This document shows positions 1-9,690 of a stretch of DNA of 64,000 nt, piece after piece. Source of the DNA: Kosmotogales bacterium (GTDB lineage Bacteria; Thermotogota; Thermotogae; Petrotogales; Kosmotogaceae); assembly GCA_030156385.1 (NCBI GenBank), contig JASGMR010000003.1, forward strand, positions 250 to 64,249, read 5' to 3'. Both the position numbers and the translations under genes were made by a program. The notes beneath the pieces are model-generated. The model did not search any database. It was not told the origin of the DNA and was given only the letters and a program-made list of their open reading frames with translations. Position 1 is the stretch's first letter, and each line of letters starts with the position of its first letter.

Positions 1-993
1 AAAACACTGACATCAAAGGGGAAGACCATTATATTTATTACACATAAATTGAACGAAGTGAAAGAAATTGCCGATAGAATAACGGTGACCAGAAGGGGAA
101 AGGTCGTCGGTACTGCCGATGTGAAAGATATCACGGAGTTGGAAATGTCGAGAATGACGGTCGGAAGGGATGTTGAAATGTCCATAGACAAAGATAAGAT
201 CAATCCCGGAGAAAAAATTCTTCAGGTGAAGGATCTGAGCTATATCAGAAATGATGGTGTGATTGCAGTAAAAAATATTTCCTTTTCCCTTAGAAAAGGA
301 GAAATTCTGGGTGTTGCGGGTGTGGAAGGGAACGGTCAAACTGAACTGGTCAGGATGATTACAGGTATTTCCGAAAGGGATTCCGGCGAAATAGTCATCG
401 ATGATATTACCGTTCCGAAAAAAACTGATCCGGGCTTTTGCAGAAATGCCGGGTTGAGCCATATTCCCGCCGACAGAATGGAAAGAGGTGTTGCTTCAAA
501 TTCTTCAATAGAATCGAATATTATAAGTGATAGATTCAAAAGAGAACCATATTCAAAAAAGGGAATATTGAACAGGAAAGTCATCAGCAAATTCGGCGAA
601 AAGATGATTAAAGAATTCGACATAAGAACTGATAGCGCAAAAACAGAAATTAATATGCTTTCCGGGGGGAATATTCAAAAAGTGGTTGTGGCCAGAGAAT
701 TCACCTCGGATTCAAAAATTACCATTGCCGACCAGCCAACGAGAGGTATTGACGTGGCGGCGGCTGACTTTATAAGAAGAAGACTGGTAAAAGAAAGAGA
801 ACAGGGATTAGCGGTCTTACTCGTATCGGCAGACCTGACGGAATTATTGGAAGTGGCGGACAGAATAATTGTACTGTTTAAAGGAGAAATTGTTGCTCAC
901 TTTGAAGATGTGTCCGGATTAAATGAAAATATACTCGGAGAATATATGCTGGGAATTAAAAAAATGTCGGAAGACGAAATGGGTGATTTATAA
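1..993 (+). CDS. Sugar/nucleoside (CUT2-type) ABC transporter ATP-binding protein, 5' truncated by window edge
   Basis: Frame +1 open from base 1 (KTIIFITHKLNEV, H-loop of first ABC domain); second domain has GVAGVEGNGQTEL, LSGGNIQK and DQPTRGIDV. Confidence 0.93.
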   Translation, partial: KTLTSKGKTIIFITHKLNEVKEIADRITVTRRGKVVGTADVKDITELEMSRMTVGRDVEMSIDKDKINPGEKILQVKDLSYIRNDGVIAVKNISFSLRKGEILGVAGVEGNGQTELVRMITGISERDSGEIVIDDITVPKKTDPGFCRNAGLSHIPADRMERGVASNSSIESNIISDRFKREPYSKKGILNRKVISKFGEKMIKEFDIRTDSAKTEINMLSGGNIQKVVVAREFTSDSKITIADQPTRGIDVAAADFIRRRLVKEREQGLAVLLVSADLTELLEVADRIIVLFKGEIVAHFEDVSGLNENILGEYMLGIKKMSEDEMGDL

Positions 994-2153
994 TGAAAGC
1001 CAACAACAGATTCACTATTTATAGAATAGGAATAGCAATTGGTATAGCATTGTTGATAGGTTATATCATAGTTTTTATTTCCAGTATTCCGTCTGGCGAT
1101 ATAGCTTTCTGGGATAAAATGAAAGAAGCATTTGATTCCGCAAATGAAGCTTACAGATATTTTCTGACCGGCACAGTTGTTAAGTGGAGATCATCAGGAG
1201 CGGCTTTTAACCAGAGCGGATTTATACAGTGGATGAATGAATCCGTTCCCATAATTATCACCGGCTTGGCAATTTCTATGGTATTTTCAGCCAAGCAATT
1301 CAATATAGGAGCAGAAGGACAAATGTTTTTAGGTGCTGCGGTAGCAACGGCGGTCGGTATATATTTTCCCGGTATTCCATTTATATCAACGGTGGTCGTA
1401 ATAGTCGTTGCAATGCTTGCAGGTGCTGGATTTGCCGTGATACCCGGGTTTTTAAAAGCGAAATTAAAAGCCTCGGAACTGGTCACTTCCCTCATGTTGA
1501 ACTATGTGGCATTTTTTATGGGACTTTTCATAATAAAAACGTTTTTAAGGGATACTGAAGCGGGTTCTCTCGTTTCACTACCTTTTCAGGAAGGTTCTAT
1601 GCTACCGCTTTTAAACGAAAGATATAAATGGCATATTGGAATTTTTATAGCTATAGGGATCACGATTTTCGTGTGGTTTCTTATGAAAAAGACCACATGG
1701 GGATATAAAGTCAGAATGATAGGTGACAATCAGGATTTTGCCGAATACTCCGGGATAAATTCTTCAAAAATGATATTTCAGGTTCAGGTGGCATCGGGCG
1801 CTGTTGCTGGATCGGCGGGTATAATTGAACTTCTGGGATATCACGGAAGATTTTTATGGTTGTATTCCCCCGGATATGGGTGGGATGGAATAATAATCGC
1901 AACCTTAGCCAGAAACAATCCTATTTTTGTGCCCGTGGCCGCTTTTTTCCTTTCTTACATAAGAGTGGGAGCGAAGATAATGGGCAGGTATACCGATATT
2001 GCTCCTGAGATTGTTTCTATTTTACAAGCGGTTATTATACTTCTGGTAACGGCAGAAGCATTTCTTTCAAAATGGAAGCAGAGATCTATTAATAAAGAAG
2101 CGACAAAATCAAACAAAGATCTATCTCTGGAACGAGTGGGTGAGGCAAAATGA
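993..2153 (+). CDS. Nucleoside/sugar ABC transporter permease
   Basis: Multi-TM; FNIGAEGQ and GYGWDGIIIATLARNNP motifs; overlaps upstream stop. Confidence 0.92.
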   Translation: MKANNRFTIYRIGIAIGIALLIGYIIVFISSIPSGDIAFWDKMKEAFDSANEAYRYFLTGTVVKWRSSGAAFNQSGFIQWMNESVPIIITGLAISMVFSAKQFNIGAEGQMFLGAAVATAVGIYFPGIPFISTVVVIVVAMLAGAGFAVIPGFLKAKLKASELVTSLMLNYVAFFMGLFIIKTFLRDTEAGSLVSLPFQEGSMLPLLNERYKWHIGIFIAIGITIFVWFLMKKTTWGYKVRMIGDNQDFAEYSGINSSKMIFQVQVASGAVAGSAGIIELLGYHGRFLWLYSPGYGWDGIIIATLARNNPIFVPVAAFFLSYIRVGAKIMGRYTDIAPEIVSILQAVIILLVTAEAFLSKWKQRSINKEATKSNKDLSLERVGEAK

Positions 2154-3064
2154 ACGATGCATTGAGAGGAATTTTTTCATGGGATTTTATTGCCGCGGGA
2201 ATCAGAGTAACTACTCCCATACTTCTCGCTGCTCTTGGAGCGTTGGTAGCGGAATCCGCTGGTACTCCGAATATTGCCCTGGAAGGAATCATGTTGATGT
2301 CTGCCTTTACCGGTGTAGTTGTCAGCGGATTCACTCAAAGTCTTTTTTTGGCGATAATTGCCGGTATTGCGGTTGGTATAGCAATGGCAAGTGCACTGGC
2401 TTATTTTGCTCTGAAACTTAAAACGGATATAATACTCGCTGCAATTGCTTTGAACATTTTTGCGAGTGGGGGCACAATATTTTTTCTCTCAATGTTAACG
2501 GGAGATAAAGGATCATCGGCTTCTGTAAATTCACTGATTATACCGAATATCGATATCCCTATTATTGAAAATATTCCCGTGCTTGGTGATATAGTCAGTG
2601 GCCATCACGCAATAACATATGTCGCGATAATTTTAATTTTTGTTGTTCAATATTTTTTGTATAAAACACCATTGGGATTGAGAATAAGAGCGGTTGGAGA
2701 AAATCCTCATGCTGCAGATTCGGTTGGGATTTCTGTCATCAAAACCAAGTTCATTGCACTTCTGATCAGCGGATTTCTGGCCAGTCTGGGTGGCCTTTTC
2801 CTATCTATGGGATATGTTTCATGGTTTGCAAGGGATATGACCGCAGGGAGGGGATGGATTGCTCTTGCCGCACAGGCATTGGGAGGTTTGAATGCATTTG
2901 GAGTGGCGGCCGGCGCATTTTTGTTTGGATTCACTGAGGCAGCATCCTATTCATTGCAATTCTTTAATATTCCGTATGAACTGACTCAATCATTACCGTT
3001 CGCCATAACGATAATAGTACTGGGATTTTATGCATGGAGAAAATTGAAAACAACGAAAAAATAG
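2150..3064 (+). CDS. Nucleoside/sugar ABC transporter permease 2
   Basis: NIALEGIML, GLRIRAVGENP, MTAGRGWIALAA motifs; ATGA overlap. Confidence 0.92.
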   Translation: MNDALRGIFSWDFIAAGIRVTTPILLAALGALVAESAGTPNIALEGIMLMSAFTGVVVSGFTQSLFLAIIAGIAVGIAMASALAYFALKLKTDIILAAIALNIFASGGTIFFLSMLTGDKGSSASVNSLIIPNIDIPIIENIPVLGDIVSGHHAITYVAIILIFVVQYFLYKTPLGLRIRAVGENPHAADSVGISVIKTKFIALLISGFLASLGGLFLSMGYVSWFARDMTAGRGWIALAAQALGGLNAFGVAAGAFLFGFTEAASYSLQFFNIPYELTQSLPFAITIIVLGFYAWRKLKTTKK

Positions 3065-3072
3065 TTTGAAAT

Positions 3073-3102
3073 AAAAAGATCTGTTTAGAAGCAGATCTTT
3101 TT
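3073..3102. terminator. Bidirectional intrinsic terminator
   Basis: AAAAAGATCTG-N8-CAGATCTTTTT between convergent genes. Confidence 0.85.
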
Positions 3103-3791
3103 TAAACTCTTTCAAATCCTTTTATTTTCAGAATTTTATCTATTTCATCGGCAGAATTCAAAGTCAATATGAAAAAAGGAAAAATTATCGAAAAAAATTG
3201 TTTTATTTTTCCAAAAAAACCTGAGTTTTTTATGAATGCACCTCTGGCTTTTTGTGAGAGATAAATATTTTGAATTTCGATATTAAATATTGAAATGAAA
3301 TTCATGGAGAGAGAAAATATGAGGGATATTTTAAGAGAGTACTTACGGGAAATTTTAAAGAAGGTCATAATTTTCACTAAAGAATCGATCATCTGTATGG
3401 GAGTGGTTGTAGCTAAAAAGATCTGTATGAAAAGAATTGAAAATGCAAGTCTCAAAGATAAAGTAATGCCATTTAAAATACCTTCATAAGTGATATTCAG
3501 CCATCCCAGAGAATATAAGATCCTTCCATAACTGAAGAAGCTTTGAAATATAATTATGAATATAAATAAAATTATGAACAGCTTCAGACTTTTAAAATAC
3601 TCAAGGGGTCCAATTTTGGAAAGAAAAGACAACAGCAAGAATATTCCGAAAAAGATCATGAAAAACAGTATGCTGCTTAAAAAAAATGATGCTATAGAGA
3701 GTGAAATAAATAAAAAAACCTTATAGATTGGTTCAATATTGTGAAGAACTGAATTACGATATACATATCTTCCAAAAGGGAGTTTAAACAT
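3102..3791 (-). CDS. ecfT: Energy-coupling factor transporter transmembrane component T (EcfT/CbiQ family)
   Basis: GRYVYRNSVLH..P..K N-terminus, TTTP motif, SQKARG coupling motif. Confidence 0.85.
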   Translation of the reverse strand: MFKLPFGRYVYRNSVLHNIEPIYKVFLFISLSIASFFLSSILFFMIFFGIFLLLSFLSKIGPLEYFKSLKLFIILFIFIIIFQSFFSYGRILYSLGWLNITYEGILNGITLSLRLAFSILFIQIFLATTTPIQMIDSLVKIMTFFKISRKYSLKISLIFSLSMNFISIFNIEIQNIYLSQKARGAFIKNSGFFGKIKQFFSIIFPFFILTLNSADEIDKILKIKGFERV

Positions 3792-4149
3792 TTTTCTCTT
3801 TATATTTCACATAGTTATTTTCTGTTTCCCAAAGGGTGATCTCATGAAGTTTATAATTTGCCCCCGAAAGTTCATCTTTTAATTCTCCGTAAATCCACTG
3901 AGAAATATTTTCTGCGGTTGGTTGGGTAATAATATCGTTTATATATGCATGGTCCAACCTATCGAGGACTTTTCTCTTAACCACTTTTTTCACGAAGGAA
4001 AAATCAATGATCATATCCTCGTCATTTTTTTCTCCCGATATAGTCACTGCCAGTCTGTAAGTATGACCATGAAGCTTTTCACATTTTCCATGATATCTTA
4101 TCAGGTTATGAGCGGAATCAAATTTAAACTCTCTGGTTAAATAAAACAA
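3784..4149 (-). CDS. queD: 6-carboxy-5,6,7,8-tetrahydropterin synthase
   Basis: FDSAH, CxxxHGH (CEKLHGH), LDH, PTAEN, WET motifs; TTG start at 4149 after GGGTGA RBS. Confidence 0.88.
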   Translation of the reverse strand: MFYLTREFKFDSAHNLIRYHGKCEKLHGHTYRLAVTISGEKNDEDMIIDFSFVKKVVKRKVLDRLDHAYINDIITQPTAENISQWIYGELKDELSGANYKLHEITLWETENNYVKYKEKNV

Positions 4150-4207
4150 GCGATCACCCAATCACAAATTTCAAAATCGAAAAGGACGGTTTTGAATTGA
4201 TTTTAAA

Positions 4208-4354
4208 TTACGTAGAGAACATTTTCGGCTTTAATTTCTTTCTTTTTCTTTTGAAAAAGGCTATCCATTTCCCGATAAGACTAGCAATATTCAAAAAAAC
4301 ATATCCAATAGAAAAAACTATAATAATCAATATTATTTCAGGTTTACCGTCCAT
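4208..4354 (-). CDS. 48-aa single-TM membrane peptide (not in ORF track)
   Basis: AAGGAG RBS then MDGKPEIILIIIVFSIGYVFLNIASLIGKWIAFFKRKRKKLKPKMFST*; hydrophobic helix plus basic tail. Confidence 0.6.
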   Translation of the reverse strand: MDGKPEIILIIIVFSIGYVFLNIASLIGKWIAFFKRKRKKLKPKMFST

Positions 4355-4367
4355 GTGTACTCCTTTA

Positions 4368-5186
4368 TTAAATGGTGAAGGGATCAAATTTTTTCTGGTT
4401 TTTCAAATATCCAAGTACTATATTATTAAAAGTTGCGTAATTTCCAATCTCTTCATCTGTTTTTACGAGAATTTTATCACCAGCATTACCTATAATTACT
4501 GAATTTTCAGGTATACTATCCCCGCGTTCTACAACTCGATGTTTTTCCTTTGCCTCATCCATTGTATCCGCATAAATTATTTTTCCCTCATATATTATAG
4601 CAAATGCAGAGGCAATTTCTTCAAGTTCATATATCTCATGCGATGAAATTATTATCGTTTTTCTTTCTTTTAACGAAAAATTCTTCAAAACGTCCATAAC
4701 TTCCTGTCTTATCACCGGATCCAGATTTTGAGTTGGCTCGTCCAGAATTAAAAGATCGGAATCAGTGGAGAGTGACAAAGCCATTTGTAATAATGTTTTC
4801 ATTCCCATAGAGTAGTTATCAACTTTTTCTGATAATGGAAATTTATAATGATTCAGAAAACTTGAAAAAATCTCTTCGCTCCAATTCGGATATAACATTT
4901 TCCATAATTTGACGTAATCGGTACCCTTGAATCTTTTAAAAACGAGTCTGTCTTCTGTTATTACCGCTATTCTTTTCTTTATTGATGAATTTAAATCGGA
5001 ATCAAAGATTTTTATTGATCCGCTATCCGGCTGGAGATCACCGAAAAGACATCTCAGAGTTGTTGTCTTTCCGGCTCCGTTGGGACCGACCAACGCGAAT
5101 ATATCCCCCTCTTTCACGCTAAAAGAAATATCGTTTAATATGTTTTTTTCTCCAAAATTTTTTACGAGCCTGTCTATTTTAATCAT
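4368..5186 (-). CDS. ABC transporter ATP-binding protein (YtrB-like)
   Basis: GPNGAGKTT, YSMGM signature, LILDEP, ISSH. Confidence 0.92.
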   Translation of the reverse strand: MIKIDRLVKNFGEKNILNDISFSVKEGDIFALVGPNGAGKTTTLRCLFGDLQPDSGSIKIFDSDLNSSIKKRIAVITEDRLVFKRFKGTDYVKLWKMLYPNWSEEIFSSFLNHYKFPLSEKVDNYSMGMKTLLQMALSLSTDSDLLILDEPTQNLDPVIRQEVMDVLKNFSLKERKTIIISSHEIYELEEIASAFAIIYEGKIIYADTMDEAKEKHRVVERGDSIPENSVIIGNAGDKILVKTDEEIGNYATFNNIVLGYLKNQKKFDPFTI

Positions 5187-5749
5187 TTTTTCACTCCCTT
5201 TTTAACAAATACGTAGAAAGCTATTATCAACAGTACCACAGCCGTTCCCAGTGCAGTGAATATGTTTTTTTGATGAATGGGGCTTATATAACTGAAAGGA
5301 TTGATATTCATATTACCCACGCCTCCGATAATCAAATCTGCCAGGAAAATTAAAAATGGAATTCCAAAATTATCGAGACCGAAGGATGTGCAGATAACTG
5401 CAATTGAGTAATAGGCCGTTGCAAAAATCAATGAACCTGTGAGAAAAACACCGGCTGAATAATAATTTATGTTAAACCATGCCGATGAGATTATTTCTGT
5501 GATCGTTGTTAGAATTATCAGTAAAAAATATGAGTTAAAGAACAGATCATTCCTGGTGAATGGTAAGGCCAGTAGAGCTGTAATTTTTTTGTTATGTATA
5601 TCCAGTGGTAATAAACTCACAATTGTGAGAAATATGAATATAATTCTTACCGGGTAAACCGGTATGAACAGACCAAGTGAGAATACTGCCAATCTTCCAG
5701 CTTTTTCACTGAATTCCTTTAAAAGATAACCTTCGAATTTATTTAACAT
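5183..5749 (-). CDS. ABC-2 type permease (Ytr-like)
   Basis: Hydrophobic; LLALPFTRNDLF motif; lies between GntR and ATPase. Confidence 0.75.
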   Translation of the reverse strand: MLNKFEGYLLKEFSEKAGRLAVFSLGLFIPVYPVRIIFIFLTIVSLLPLDIHNKKITALLALPFTRNDLFFNSYFLLIILTTITEIISSAWFNINYYSAGVFLTGSLIFATAYYSIAVICTSFGLDNFGIPFLIFLADLIIGGVGNMNINPFSYISPIHQKNIFTALGTAVVLLIIAFYVFVKKGVKK

Positions 5750-6098
5750 TTTTCCATACCTCCTCTATTAAAAGTTTCATCATACCAAGGCTCAACCCGT
5801 CTTTTTTTGCCTTTTCTATTGATTTCTTGAGTTCGCCTATTATTGAAAAATCTATATTTTGGGTGACTGTTATAAAGTATCCTACTCCATGTTCCGCTCT
5901 TATCACTTCTTCTCCCTGAAGTTTTTCGAGTGCTCTTATGACAGTGTTCATATTAACCTTGAATATTTTTGCCAATTCTCTAACCGGGGGAAGTTGGTCA
6001 TCGCTTTTGAGTCTTCCGAGTAATATTTCTTTTTTTATCACATTCATTATCTGAATGTACGCGGGTACCCCTATATGTTTTTCCACAGAATTTAGCAT
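5739..6098 (-). CDS. GntR-family regulator, YtrA subfamily
   Basis: 119 aa; PAYIQI, LPPVRELA, VNMNTVIRA, G.GYF; short C-terminal domain. Confidence 0.92.
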   Translation of the reverse strand: MLNSVEKHIGVPAYIQIMNVIKKEILLGRLKSDDQLPPVRELAKIFKVNMNTVIRALEKLQGEEVIRAEHGVGYFITVTQNIDFSIIGELKKSIEKAKKDGLSLGMMKLLIEEVWKNVK

Positions 6099-6121
6099 TT
6101 CATCATCTCCATTCTCCGGTT

Positions 6122-7093
6122 TTATTTTGCTATGACAGATATTTTAGCCTTCCCCGAAGTAGAATATGTCAATTGATTGTTGGGACCGGAATCATATGTG
6201 ATATTCAGATTTCCAATACTTGCTGTTATATCCAGATATCTTTCACCATCCCAATTATCGATATAATCGATGCTTCCGGATATAATTGAAGAATTTATTT
6301 TAAAATTATCAGCATTCATTACATCGATAGAAAGGTTTGAAACTGAACCATTGATTTCGAGTTTTTTTGTAGAATAAGTACCGCTCAAATTGGCAACCGA
6401 CCCCGAAATATTGATTGAATTCGGTGAATCCAGATCGTTGTTGATATTTATTACCGATCCGTTCAGTATCATAGTGTCTTCTGAAATTAGATTCCCATTT
6501 ACATTTATAACAGAACTGTATATTTTGAAATCTTTGGCATTAAAATCATCGACGATGGATATTACAGAGGTATCAGCGTAAAATAATTCGAATTGAACAC
6601 TGCCGTCCACAATTATTTCGGCGGTTCTGTTATTGTAATTATTTCTGAATGTTATGCCATTTTCAGTTTGATTGAATTCTATACTGTCAGGGAACGAGAT
6701 CATTCCATCATTTTCTTTTTTGGAAATTTTAAATGATGTGCCATAAAGATATATTTTTGGTTTCCACTCTGTTTCATAGTTTGCTTCCATCAGACTCATT
6801 TTGGAAGAATCATTCATATTTGCCAAAAAAGGAATGAAAAAACCAAAATCATAATTGAAAAATTCGTTTATTTCTGGTATGAAATTCGAAGTTATCATTA
6901 TTCCCATAACGGATAGAGTAATGATCGTACCTACGAGAATGATCAACCATGAAAATTTTCTGAATGATAACGCAAAGAAAATCACTGCAAGAAAAGCCAA
7001 GCCGATTTTTATTCCCCATATTGGTACAATGAAAGCAATTAGAGCCAGTACCAGTGCTATCGCTATTTTGAATAAAACGTGATATTTTTTCAA
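6122..7093 (-). CDS. Membrane protein with N-terminal TMs and beta-solenoid (DUF4097/adhesin-like) C-terminus
   Basis: About 3 TM helices then repeats such as INGSVINI, NISGSVANL, INGSVSNL; TTG start after GGAGGTG. Confidence 0.6.
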   Translation of the reverse strand: MKKYHVLFKIAIALVLALIAFIVPIWGIKIGLAFLAVIFFALSFRKFSWLIILVGTIITLSVMGIMITSNFIPEINEFFNYDFGFFIPFLANMNDSSKMSLMEANYETEWKPKIYLYGTSFKISKKENDGMISFPDSIEFNQTENGITFRNNYNNRTAEIIVDGSVQFELFYADTSVISIVDDFNAKDFKIYSSVINVNGNLISEDTMILNGSVININNDLDSPNSINISGSVANLSGTYSTKKLEINGSVSNLSIDVMNADNFKINSSIISGSIDYIDNWDGERYLDITASIGNLNITYDSGPNNQLTYSTSGKAKISVIAK

Positions 7094-7109
7094 CTTATTC
7101 ACCTCCGGA

Positions 7110-7223
7110 TTAAAATGTTATCACTGTCTTTTTCTTTTTTAAAGAGAATATGCTTACAATGAATGAGTATAAAGACATAATTAATTTATAAAATTTGTTT
7201 AAAAATACCGAACGATGTTTCAT
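7110..7223 (-). CDS. 37-aa cationic/amphipathic peptide, first ORF of Ytr-like operon (not in ORF track)
   Basis: GAGGAG RBS then MKHRSVFLNKFYKLIMSLYSFIVSIFSLKKKKTVITF*; stop lies just before RBS of next gene. Confidence 0.55.
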   Translation of the reverse strand: MKHRSVFLNKFYKLIMSLYSFIVSIFSLKKKKTVITF

Positions 7224-7249
7224 GGTCATCTCCTCAACTACTATACTAT

Positions 7250-7289
7250 TGTTCTATATAATTAGAACACTATAACGAAAAAAAGTCAA
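7250..7289 (-). promoter_or_regulatory. Sigma-70 promoter (TTGACT-N17-TCTAAT, extended TG) overlapped by palindrome TGTTCTA-N6-TAGAACA, likely YtrA operator
   Basis: Perfect 7-bp inverted repeat at 7250-7269 covering the -10; -35 at 7284-7289. Confidence 0.7.
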
Positions 7290-7759
7290 GCCCCCTCAGA
7301 AAAATTTTTTACTATACTTAAGATTTCCTGAAAAACCAATAATTTACAACTAATTGGATACAAATTATCATTGATTTGCATTTTATTTTTGAAATTGTTT
7401 ATTTTAAGTATTTTTCTTCGAAAATCTTGTTAATTTGAAAATTGAAAAAACAATGCATTAAATGAATCACGTTTCTAAACTTCTTAGTTTAAGTAATTCG
7501 ATTTCATTCGGATTTTTTTAACACCAGTTATCACAATCCCTTGGGTTGTCTGACTTTCTGTTATCAAAAATCTATTATTATTGGATATCATAGGTTGCGC
7601 TTGATTGGCTATTCGATGGGGTAACATTTTAATGCAAGCATTCTACGACGTGAATCGACATATTTATTTTTACATGGAACAAAGGGTTATGAATTTCGTC
7701 GGGCGCAGTAGTGTTCATGTTATAAGCTGTATATATCATTTTCTGAACATATGCATCTC

Positions 7760-7931
7760 CTCCACAGAAGATATTGACATTGCAGATCAAATCCACCTAA
7801 TCGTTCAACTCGGATATCGGAAATTCCCATTCTGGCTGCTGTGTATTAAAGAAATCATTTTACCATCAACGAACTGCAACTCTGCGCGGGCAGGTATCCA
7901 TATTGAATTTGCAGGATATGATTTTTCCCAT
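7760..7931 (-). pseudogene. Frameshifted remnant resembling DUF6061-family protein of Firmicutes mobile elements
   Basis: GAGGT RBS then MGKIISCKFNMDT / ELQFVDGKMISL / ISEL..VDLICN in shifting frames; family match from memory. Confidence 0.5.
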
Positions 7932-8002
7932 AGCTTTACCTCAATGGTTATATGCATTTTTCTTTATCAACGTATTTATCACCTTGTAGTATTCCCTGCA
8001 AT

Positions 8003-9019
8003 TTATGAAACTTGCGGAAAAAGAAGTTTCACACCAAACCCCTGACCTGATGTTGAGATTGGTTCGATATTAACATCGATGGATAGTGCTTCGGCATATT
8101 TTTTTACAAGATATAATCCCATTCCGGTTGCACCCTGTCGATCCGGATGATTTCCGGTAAACCCTTTGTCAAATAGGAAAGGTACATCTTCCGGTGGAAC
8201 ACCTTTGCCATTATCCCTGATAGCAAGATGTATTCTGCCATTTTCCTGAGTGTCCGACCAACTTACGATACTAACAATACCGTTATCAGATGCAGTATAC
8301 TTAAAGGCATTGCTGAATAGTTGAGAGAGCATGAAAGTAAGAACCTTTTTGTCGCTTATAATCTGCAAAGGCAAAAGATTTAACTGCACATCGATTTTCT
8401 TTTCATCAGATATAGCACGAAAATCTTCAAGGCACTCCTGAACGCAGTCGCTCAAATTCATTTTCGCAAAATTATAGTCCACGTGATCGGACTGAAGCCG
8501 GGCATAGAATAAGATACGTTCAACATCACTGTTGATAGTGTGCCGTACGTGATCCATCCGATTATAAACATAAGGTGACATCTCTTCCCTGTGGTTAGCC
8601 AGAAGTAATGTTGTAAGAGAGAGCGGTGTTTTGACTTCGTGTGTCCAGGCTTCGATAAACTCCTGATAGTTTTGCAATTCCAGCCGTTTTTCTTTTATAG
8701 TTTGTGATTGCTCGCAAAGTTGTTGTGATATAGTTTCTATAATAGGGTGCCAGAATTCATCAGTTACTGTCATTAACCGTTGTTTTGCTTTTTCATCCGG
8801 GTCAATAAAAAACGATTGCAGCGCTTCCATCTGTTTTTTTCGCCTTTTTTGATCAATCCAATAGCCAGTAAATACGATAAAGACTGTGAAAAGCAGAATA
8901 ATTATAGCAATACTCCCAAAGGTGCCCGGACCTGTCAACCATACAAGAAAAACAAAAAACAGATCGGTCATAAGCAGCAAGACAAGCCAGTGCCTTTTAA
9001 TTATTTTCTGCTTCTTCAC
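8003..9019 (-). CDS. Intramembrane-sensing histidine kinase, BceS/GraS-like
   Basis: Two N-terminal TMs with tiny loop, WTHEVKTPL H-box, QLFSNAFKY, DNGKG, FDKGFTG, GMGLYL. Confidence 0.92.
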   Translation of the reverse strand: MKKQKIIKRHWLVLLLMTDLFFVFLVWLTGPGTFGSIAIIILLFTVFIVFTGYWIDQKRRKKQMEALQSFFIDPDEKAKQRLMTVTDEFWHPIIETISQQLCEQSQTIKEKRLELQNYQEFIEAWTHEVKTPLSLTTLLLANHREEMSPYVYNRMDHVRHTINSDVERILFYARLQSDHVDYNFAKMNLSDCVQECLEDFRAISDEKKIDVQLNLLPLQIISDKKVLTFMLSQLFSNAFKYTASDNGIVSIVSWSDTQENGRIHLAIRDNGKGVPPEDVPFLFDKGFTGNHPDRQGATGMGLYLVKKYAEALSIDVNIEPISTSGQGFGVKLLFPQVS

Positions 9020-9690
9020 GACTTGCTCATCTCCAAACGATATCCCCGCCCACGCTCGGTTTGTATGATGTTTCTTATCCCGATGGTGTCCAGGCTCTTT
9101 CTCAGTCGTGTCATATTTACTTGAAGGATGTTTTCATCGACATATTCGTTGCCACCCCAAAGTTTAAGGAACAAATCTTGTTTAGAAACGACGGACGGAT
9201 ATCGTTCAAGCAGGATTTGCAGGATTTTTCCTTCTGTATCAGACAGGACAACATGAGCGTTTTTCCAAATAACCTTATAAGTGTCAATATCTAATATAAG
9301 ATCTCCTGTTTGTAGCAGATTCCTTACTTTTACATAAGTTCGGAGCAATCGTTGGGTGCGGGCGATGAGTCGGTCCGGGTGGCAAGGTTTTGTGAGGAAA
9401 TCATCCGCGCCTAGCCCTAATGCGTACAATTCATCCGACAGGGTATCACGTGCGGTTAAAACAAGAATCGGGAAGGAAGCCCTAGATTTCAACCGCTTGC
9501 ACAACTCAAATCCGGATTTACCTGGAAGGTTTATATCCAATACGGCTAAGTCGGGATTATTATCCAGTATTTCTTTCTCGGGTTCATTGAAAGAAGAGAT
9601 ACTCGATACCGAGTATCCCTTCTTCATGAATGTATTGACAAGCTCTTCGCGCAGGTAAACGTCATCTTCTATAACTATGATTTTACTCAA
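9016..9690 (-). CDS. OmpR-family response regulator, BceR/GraR-like
   Basis: IEDD, LDINLPGKSG, LGADDFLTKP, NILQVNMTRLR, TERGRGY; TTG start overlapping upstream stop. Confidence 0.93.
   Translation of the reverse strand: MSKIIVIEDDVYLREELVNTFMKKGYSVSSISSFNEPEKEILDNNPDLAVLDINLPGKSGFELCKRLKSRASFPILVLTARDTLSDELYALGLGADDFLTKPCHPDRLIARTQRLLRTYVKVRNLLQTGDLILDIDTYKVIWKNAHVVLSDTEGKILQILLERYPSVVSKQDLFLKLWGGNEYVDENILQVNMTRLRKSLDTIGIRNIIQTERGRGYRLEMSKS

Noticed and set aside
4162..4207. Possible preQ1 riboswitch upstream of queD
   Set aside because: Only an imperfect hairpin; no preQ1 loop motif or A-rich tail
4197..4502. 101-aa plus-strand ORF and the many other short antisense ORFs in the track
   Set aside because: Shadow frames of well-supported genes on the opposite strand
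7825..7832. 8-mer GAATGGGA (minus strand) identical to the guaA 3' end (13166-13173), a possible att repeat
   Set aside because: Only 8 bp, appears to lie inside the DUF6061-like remnant, and foreign-looking sequence continues beyond it; could be chance
7605..8045. 146-aa plus-strand ORF
   Set aside because: Antisense to the pseudogene remnant and the HK end; no RBS or motif
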